From the NCBI GenBank assembly GCA_965656375.1, contig CBFHKH010000001.1, positions 772,291-836,290 of the forward strand: a stretch of 64,000 nt of DNA, given 5' to 3'. This DNA is from Minisyncoccia bacterium (lineage in GTDB: Bacteria > Patescibacteriota > Minisyncoccia > Phycocordibacterales > UBA9973). Below the pieces are notes generated by a model that made no database searches, was not told the DNA's origin, and worked only from the letters and a program-made list of their open reading frames with translations. The position numbers and the translations under genes are program-made. Positions within the stretch are counted from its first letter, which is position 1, and every line of letters starts with the position of its first letter. This document shows positions 58,301 through 64,000 of this stretch, piece by piece.

Positions 58301-61300
58301 GCAGGGGGAGTAACGATTGCAAATATCGCTGCGCTTGACCTGAACGGCTTTACTCTTTCGACGGCTGAACCGATTAGTTCCATGAACGGTCTCGGATACG
58401 GCTTGGCGGCGGCTGTTTCAGGGGGTAACAGCAACATGGGAGCGCTCATGAACAGTTCACCATCATCTGCAAGTTACAGCGGAGCGATCACTCTTACTGC
58501 TGCGTCGCGTATCAATGCCGATTATGGAACTCTTACTATTACTAGTGCTATTTCTAGTACAGCAATTGGTCTAACTATTGGTGGATTTAGTGATAGTACT
58601 TTTTCAGGAGTCATTGCCCTTACTACAGGCACCATAACAAAAGACGGAATTGGTGTTTTGACACTTTCAAATAGTAATACGTATACGGGAGCAACTACAA
58701 TAAGTGTAGGAACAGTAAAACTTGGCGCAACAGGAGGTGCAACCAACACTCCACTTGGTACGACTGGCGGTGCAACAACAGTGGCCTTAGGCGCCCGCCT
58801 TGATCTTAATGGGTTTACACTTGGAGCAGCTGAGCCACTTACCTTAAACGGTACGGGATATGGGCTTGGTGATTTTGCAAGCGGGGCGCTTATCAATAGT
58901 TCTGGATCTAGTGTGTCATACAGTGGAGCAATTACTCAGGGTTCAGCTTCTACAATAAAGGTAGATGCTGGAGACATGACTTTAAGTGGTTCATTTTCTG
59001 GAGCGTTTGCACTTACTCTTGGAGGGACAGGGACGGGTACAATTTCCGGCCTTGTTGGTATTGCGGCTGGAACTATCACTAAAATAGATGCGGGTACGTG
59101 GACACTCTCCAATGCTGGAAGCACATATACTGGCGCAACTACTATTAATCGCGGGACGCTCAAGCTCGGAGTTGCTGGTGGTGCAACCAATACACCGCTT
59201 GGTACTACGGGTGCGGGAACTACAGTACTCTCTGGAGGGGTATTAGACTTAGCTGGATTTGCATTAGGTACCGCAGAAGCTCTGACACTCAACGGACGTG
59301 GTATAGGTAACGGCGGAGCATTAATTAATACTGGTAATGCGGTAACTTTCCTTGGAGCTATAGCTCAGGCGACTGATTCTCGAATAACAAATGATGGAGG
59401 AGGACTTCTGACTCTCTCTGGTGCGATTACTGGAGCATTTGCATTATATATTGGAGGAACAGCAAATATTACAATGGGAGCAGCGACTGGTACAGCTGGC
59501 CTCAGTTTAGTAAAACAAGGTGCTGGTACAGTGACACTCACTGGTACCAATACACATACAGGAGAAACTCGTGTTGATGCTGGTACTCTTGCCTATGCAG
59601 GAACAACAACACTTGCCGCAACGAATCTTCTCATGAAGGGCGGTACATTCAATAACGGTGCAAATGCCGATACAATCGGTACCGTAACGCTTGTCGGAGG
59701 CACTATCACGAATTCAGCTGCTCTCACTGGAACCGCATATACGCTTGAGAGTGGTACAGTGAGCGGTATTTTAGCGGGGGCCGTTGCCGTGACAAAAAAC
59801 ACGAACAACACTGTAACACTGAGCGGCGTCAATACTATTAGTAGTACGCTGACCATCAATGCCGGGACTCTCGCTATAAGTGGTTCAGGTTCGGCTGTTT
59901 CGGTAACTGCTGCCACGGTGAATTTAGGCGGAACACTTACTCTTGATAATAGCACTACTGCAGTTGCAAGCCGCCTCCTTGATACTATCGTCTTGACGAT
60001 GAACGGAGGTAACTTGAATTTCCTGGGCAATAGCGCCGCAGTATCCTCTGAGACAGTCGGACAGCTTGCGCTTGCATCAGGACACAATACTGTCACTGTT
60101 ACTCCAGGGGCAGGAGGTTCCACAACGCTCACGTTTGCAAATAATCCGGGATTTAATCGTACTGCGGGCGCAACTGTTCTTTTTAGAGGCACAAACCTCG
60201 GTGCTACTCCTGCTGCGAACGTATCTACATTAAAATTTTCAACAACAGCACCGACACTAACTGGTGGTGGGGGAGCTTCAAGCTCGACAACTATTAGCAT
60301 CATCAAGGGTGCATTTGGTGATAGTTCGTTATCTGGCTCCGGTAGCGATATGGTGACTTACAACGTAGGTAACACCAATGGGCTTCGACTTCTAAACGGT
60401 GCCGGATTCTCCGGAGAGTATGCAACAAATTTCGGGACAACGAATGGGAACGTAAAACTCGGTGCAAATACAGCGGCAAGTACAGCAACAATCAACTCTA
60501 TTATTTTAAATAATTTTGGTATAACGAATCCTGGTAGTGCTCAGACGATAACACTTTCGACGACAGGAAACATCTTGGCAAACTCTGCTACCACTATCGC
60601 TGGTGCGAATACAGTACTCGGTATTTCTACAAGCGAGCTCGATGTGCTAGCTACGGCGAATGCCACGATAAGTGCAGTCATCGGTACTGCAGTTGCCGGG
60701 TCTATGGTACTCAGTGGTTCAGGCAATATAACATTGAGTACAGCCGCTCTTTATACTGGTACGACATTCGTAAATGGTGCAACACTTACGTATGGCGTAA
60801 GCAACGTGCTTTCGAGTGGAGGCGTGACCATAGTAGGGGGAACATATAACTTAAATGGTAATTCTGATACTGTCGGTGCACTTTCTCTTAATGCAGGAAC
60901 AATTACAACCGCAGCCGGCACATTGACGACATCAACAGGGGGAGTCACTACGATTGCGAACAATAATACCCCTTCGCTTATTAGTGGTGCTCTAACACTC
61001 GGTGCAGGGGGCACATTTAATATCGGTAATGGGATTGTTGATAATGACACTATTATTTCTGCGGTAATAAGTGGAACGACACTTACAAAATCAACTGGTA
61101 CTGGAGTACTCGAACTTTCTGGAAGCAATACGTATACAGGGCTCACGACTGTGAGTGCAGGCACAATCAGACTTGGTGCTGCCGGCGGCGCAACCAACAC
61201 GCCGCTTGGAACAACTGCAGCAGGAACAACTGTATCAGGAGCAAGCTCAGCTTTGGATTTGAACGGCTATACCCTAGGAACATCAGAGGCGCTCACACTC

Positions 61301-64000
61301 AGCGGTGCACTGGCAACAGGTGCATTGCAAAATACATCAAGTACGGCTGTGACGTACTCTGGATTACTAACTCTCGGTGCAGCAAGTAGTATTATTTCAA
61401 ACTACGGAGATATAAACATATCTAACGCGGGTAGTATTACAGGCACCGGTTTCTTGCTGACGATAGGAGGAGCAGGGAATGGAATATTGGCGAGCACACT
61501 TGCTACATCCACCTCTGGAGCTTTAACTAAAAATGGAATGGGTATATGGACTGTCTCGGGAGCAAATACCTACACTGGTGCAACTACTATTAGTGCTGGT
61601 ATATTGAAACTCGGCAGTGGAGGAAGCGGAACGAATACTCCGCTCGGAACGACTGCCGGTGCGACAACACTCAGTAGCGGTGCGGTGCTTGATTTGAACG
61701 GCTTCACGCTGAGCTCCGCCGAACCAGTGACGATCAACGGTGCCGGCATAGCGAACATTGGCGCATTCATCAATAGTTCGAACAACACTACATCGTTTTC
61801 AGGACCTCTAACCATGGCCGGAGCATCCCGTATTGCCAATCACGGAAGTGGGGTAACAACGGTGAGCGGAAATATCTCAGGTAACTTTGCCTTGACTGTG
61901 GTAGCGGTTGGCAATTTTACACAAGCAACGAACAGTGTCTGGTCAGGTACGGGTACTCTTGTAAAAGAAGGTCCAGGTACACTCACACTTTCGGGGCAGA
62001 ATACCATGTCGGGGACTATGACCGTCAGTACGGGCACACTCAAACTTGGCGACAACGGCGGCGTAACCAACACGCCACTCGGCACGATTGCCGGAGGCGT
62101 GACGGTATCATCAGGGGCTGTGCTCGATTTATCTACATTCACTGTCGGAGGAGCATCAACTTGGGAGCCGCTCACACTCTCTGGAAGTGGACTCCTAAAC
62201 GGAGGAGCACTTATCAGTAATTCTTCTACAGGAAGTACATTTGCAACTGTGGCACAGACGAATGCGCGTATCGTAAACAATGGCGCAGGGACACTCTCGA
62301 TCACTGGCGCTGTTACAGGTGCATCGACTTTCTGGGTCGGCGGATCTGGTGATACTATTATTTCTGGCGCGCTTAACACTGCAGGATTGCTTCTCACCAA
62401 GTATAATCCCGGTGTTCTCACTCTTAACAGTGCTTCGAATATAAATACTTCTCTTGTGCGTATTAATTTGGGTACTCTTCGCTATGGAATTGGTAACGGA
62501 CTATCTACACCTCCTGTCACAATTGCCGGTGGAACATTAGATCTAAACGGCTTTAGTGATAGCATTGGAACAGTAACCTTAATTGATGGATCTATAATAA
62601 ACAGTGGAGGGGCGGCTACACTTACGTCAACCGCTACATATGTTCTTGAAAATGGAACAGTAAGTGCGGTTCTCGGAAGCGCGGTAGCTACAGGTATTTC
62701 CAAAACGACAGCTGGCCGTGTGATACTCTCAGGTGATAACACCTTTACCAGTACATCTATCGCGCTCAATGCAGGGTATCTTAATATCCGTCACAACAAT
62801 GCCCTCGGTGCTTCAGGAACGACACTTACGACAACTGTCTCAGGTGGAGCGACACTTGAACTCGAAAACGGCATTACTATACCAAGCACCAAACTCATAA
62901 CTGCAAATGGAACAGGAATGGAACGAAGTGGTGCGATCAGGAGTGTTAATGGTACGAACGTCATAAGTGCAAATGTGACGCTCGGTACCACCAATGTGCG
63001 TATAAATTCCGACAGCGGTAGCTTGACTGTCCCAAGTATATCGGGGAACACATTTAATACGATATTCGGCGGTGCCGGTGATACGACTGTAAGTGGTGCG
63101 ATTAGTACGACTACCGGCAGTCTGACTAAGGATGGGGCGGGAGCACTTACGCTTTCTGGAACCAATACGTATACGGGGAGCACGACGGCGATGGCAGGTA
63201 CTATTGTTGCAAACACGACTGCATCGCTCGGTGATGGAAGCAACGCAAATAACACGTTCATATTTAAAGGCGGTACGCTTCAGGCGACCGGGACGATAAC
63301 CTCTGCATCAACTCGTGCATTCGTGCTCGCGACCAACGGGGTGATCGATACCAACGGTAATAATGTCAGTATCGCCGGTACGGTCGGCTCGCTCGGTAGC
63401 CTTACTAAAAACGGCGCCGGCACCCTCACGATAAGTGGCGTAACAACAATCGGCGGCAACTTCACGATTGGCGCAGGCACATTTGTAGCGCCGACAAGCC
63501 TGACGCTCGGAGGAGACTTCAGCAATAGTGGTACCTTCACGCACAGCAACGGTACGGTGACACTTGTTCCAACCAACAGCACACTTACAACGAACATTAT
63601 CGGTAGCTCAGATACATCTTTTTATAATCTTACAAACACAACTGCAGGATCAACACTGCAGTTCAAGGCGGGTAATACCTATACACTGGCAAACACATTC
63701 ACGCTCGGCGGGGCAGGAGCAGAAGAAAACCCTGTCTCAATCAACTCCGATAGCGCTGGTTCGCAGTGGTTCATGACACTCTCTGGATCTGCTGTAATCT
63801 CAAATGTCAAAGTTAAAGACTCCGGCTGTAGTGGGGGAAACAGTGTTTCTGCAAGTAGCACAATATATGATTATGGAAATAACGGTCTATGCTGGTCATT
63901 CTTAACAGTCACACATGGAGGAGGAGCTGGCAACATTGAGCCTTCGGAAGATCCAGATGACCAACAAGATGGCGGCGGAGGTGGTGGAACAGGTGGTGCG
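55385..64000 (+). CDS. Giant secreted PATR (autotransporter-associated beta-strand repeat) protein, over 2,870 aa, 3' end beyond the window
   Basis: Start MRLTAAFFLIGWYLFSFAGTAEA (signal peptide), then ATRTWTGTTNGLWSLASNWGGTAPVTGDDLVFPNGASNLSNTNDL and dozens of 'GxGTLTLSGxNTYTGxTTIxxGTLKLG...TNTPLGT' repeats. The frame is open to position 64000 by manual translation and is absent from the ORF track only because no stop is reached. A large internal ~2.8-kb diverged duplication is present (57181-57600 vs 60000-60420). Confidence 0.7.
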   Translation, partial: MRLTAAFFLIGWYLFSFAGTAEAATRTWTGTTNGLWSLASNWGGTAPVTGDDLVFPNGASNLSNTNDLAENTIINSITISGSGYTLSGNPIILGAGLAGITDSASSGGNTIALDLRLDITRDIVVTNSGETLTISGRIAGVGGINKEGLGKVVFSGANTYGGITKINTGVINARTNTALGTAATGTEVVGNASLELEGDIAIGYESLTVRGYGVSSGGALRNISGDNRFGGFITLVAGGAEIASDAGTLTITGGTTGNFPLIFDGAGDITFSTAPIAGSGAITKNGAGTVTYNFPNTNTGLLTINSGTIRYGVDNAILSGAVTITGGTLDIATYSDMVGTVTLGTLDLASGTITGTTGLLSSATWTLYNGTISANIAGDGGALTKSTPGTVVLSGSNEYTGATTISAGILKIQSNTALGLIDGITTVTAGATLQIDGDGLSIPEYITFSGTGHLYTGAIRNSNGDNTLTGLLTLGAAAMIESESGATLTIDSKGLSATTLGLIIAGAGNTTFTSTAPIYGTTATLTKNDSGTLTLQAFNNFTGATNLSRGEIVLSGSGAISNSAVTIGSGGTLTVDNSTTAALNRLSETAALTMNGGAFNFIGNSSTDATESTGALTLSSGHNTVTITPGSGGSTTMTFASLSRTAGATGLFRGTNLGSNPAANVSTLMFTTAPTLTGGGGAANSSTLSIVKGAYGDASLSGQGSDMVTYNKGNTNGLRLLNTVGFNGEYADDVTTANANVKLTADRVATATNTNSLILNGFNITNPGSTTTLPIASASLAGNILINSASTIAGANTTLGITTNELPILVTASATISAIIGTATTGSLTLSGTGNVTLSTASLYTGTTSINGATLTEGASNMLSSGGVTVVGGTYDLGNFSDSVGAVILQNGTITGGSGVLTSTASYSFREGTVSAIIAGSVAVTRIATSAAADSVVIMTRNNTYTGATTLTSGILKLGGTGDGTNTPLGTVAGGVTIANIAALDLNGFTLSTAEPISSMNGLGYGLAAAVSGGNSNMGALMNSSPSSASYSGAITLTAASRINADYGTLTITSAISSTAIGLTIGGFSDSTFSGVIALTTGTITKDGIGVLTLSNSNTYTGATTISVGTVKLGATGGATNTPLGTTGGATTVALGARLDLNGFTLGAAEPLTLNGTGYGLGDFASGALINSSGSSVSYSGAITQGSASTIKVDAGDMTLSGSFSGAFALTLGGTGTGTISGLVGIAAGTITKIDAGTWTLSNAGSTYTGATTINRGTLKLGVAGGATNTPLGTTGAGTTVLSGGVLDLAGFALGTAEALTLNGRGIGNGGALINTGNAVTFLGAIAQATDSRITNDGGGLLTLSGAITGAFALYIGGTANITMGAATGTAGLSLVKQGAGTVTLTGTNTHTGETRVDAGTLAYAGTTTLAATNLLMKGGTFNNGANADTIGTVTLVGGTITNSAALTGTAYTLESGTVSGILAGAVAVTKNTNNTVTLSGVNTISSTLTINAGTLAISGSGSAVSVTAATVNLGGTLTLDNSTTAVASRLLDTIVLTMNGGNLNFLGNSAAVSSETVGQLALASGHNTVTVTPGAGGSTTLTFANNPGFNRTAGATVLFRGTNLGATPAANVSTLKFSTTAPTLTGGGGASSSTTISIIKGAFGDSSLSGSGSDMVTYNVGNTNGLRLLNGAGFSGEYATNFGTTNGNVKLGANTAASTATINSIILNNFGITNPGSAQTITLSTTGNILANSATTIAGANTVLGISTSELDVLATANATISAVIGTAVAGSMVLSGSGNITLSTAALYTGTTFVNGATLTYGVSNVLSSGGVTIVGGTYNLNGNSDTVGALSLNAGTITTAAGTLTTSTGGVTTIANNNTPSLISGALTLGAGGTFNIGNGIVDNDTIISAVISGTTLTKSTGTGVLELSGSNTYTGLTTVSAGTIRLGAAGGATNTPLGTTAAGTTVSGASSALDLNGYTLGTSEALTLSGALATGALQNTSSTAVTYSGLLTLGAASSIISNYGDINISNAGSITGTGFLLTIGGAGNGILASTLATSTSGALTKNGMGIWTVSGANTYTGATTISAGILKLGSGGSGTNTPLGTTAGATTLSSGAVLDLNGFTLSSAEPVTINGAGIANIGAFINSSNNTTSFSGPLTMAGASRIANHGSGVTTVSGNISGNFALTVVAVGNFTQATNSVWSGTGTLVKEGPGTLTLSGQNTMSGTMTVSTGTLKLGDNGGVTNTPLGTIAGGVTVSSGAVLDLSTFTVGGASTWEPLTLSGSGLLNGGALISNSSTGSTFATVAQTNARIVNNGAGTLSITGAVTGASTFWVGGSGDTIISGALNTAGLLLTKYNPGVLTLNSASNINTSLVRINLGTLRYGIGNGLSTPPVTIAGGTLDLNGFSDSIGTVTLIDGSIINSGGAATLTSTATYVLENGTVSAVLGSAVATGISKTTAGRVILSGDNTFTSTSIALNAGYLNIRHNNALGASGTTLTTTVSGGATLELENGITIPSTKLITANGTGMERSGAIRSVNGTNVISANVTLGTTNVRINSDSGSLTVPSISGNTFNTIFGGAGDTTVSGAISTTTGSLTKDGAGALTLSGTNTYTGSTTAMAGTIVANTTASLGDGSNANNTFIFKGGTLQATGTITSASTRAFVLATNGVIDTNGNNVSIAGTVGSLGSLTKNGAGTLTISGVTTIGGNFTIGAGTFVAPTSLTLGGDFSNSGTFTHSNGTVTLVPTNSTLTTNIIGSSDTSFYNLTNTTAGSTLQFKAGNTYTLANTFTLGGAGAEENPVSINSDSAGSQWFMTLSGSAVISNVKVKDSGCSGGNSVSASSTIYDYGNNGLCWSFLTVTHGGGAGNIEPSEDPDDQQDGGGGGGTGGA

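Noticed and set aside
55372-63861. Eighteen minus-strand ORFs (Pro/Val/Ala-rich, 60-312 aa) tiling 55.4-63.9 kb
   Set aside because: They are antisense shadows of the + strand PATR giant gene. The sense strand is G/T/A/S-rich, so the complement reads as P/V/A-rich. The ORFs are fragmentary and carry no motifs. The + frame from 55385 is open to the window end.

Overview
AT-rich window (about 38-40% GC) with dense small genes, weak Shine-Dalgarno signals, a recurrent extended -10 promoter motif (TG-n-TATACT), a 23S-5S rRNA unit without a 16S gene and carrying two group-I-like introns, and two giant repetitive surface-protein genes. This is typical of a Candidate Phyla Radiation (Patescibacteria/Parcubacteria-like) bacterium, most probably an episymbiont.

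Gene content, left to right:
- a cell-surface polysaccharide locus: epimerase, Wzx-like flippase, three glycosyltransferases, a WbaP-like priming phosphotransferase and a cytidylyltransferase
- secreted proteins, including a PG-binding Cys-repeat protein and an 886-aa GHSMGG lipase with a coiled-coil tail
- rplJ-rplL with leader and terminator
- an unusual archaeal-type two-gene purine module (AICARFT-only PurH plus PurO), each gene preceded by an identical 117-bp leader
- the 23S-5S rRNA unit, with two introns and a palindromic element family
- housekeeping genes: FtsW/RodA, FolD, PAP2, SecDF, LemA-HtpX, a HhH-GPD glycosylase, tRNA-Ser(GGA), NDH-2, MsrB, an M24 peptidase, MurI, an ABC exporter, a UvrD-helicase/RecB-nuclease fusion and PheST
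- a surface-protein island: a 2,400-aa G/T/S/N-rich repeat protein, two membrane-anchored class-A beta-lactamase-fold paralogs, and a PATR (autotransporter-associated beta-strand repeat) protein of more than 2,870 aa that runs off the window.

Most candidate for novelty: the giant-protein/serine-hydrolase island as a putative host-attachment system, the split PurH/PurO salvage module with duplicated leader, and a ~90-nt palindromic element present three times (intergenic, in a 23S expansion, and inside a 23S intron).

No CRISPR array, transposase or integrase was seen.
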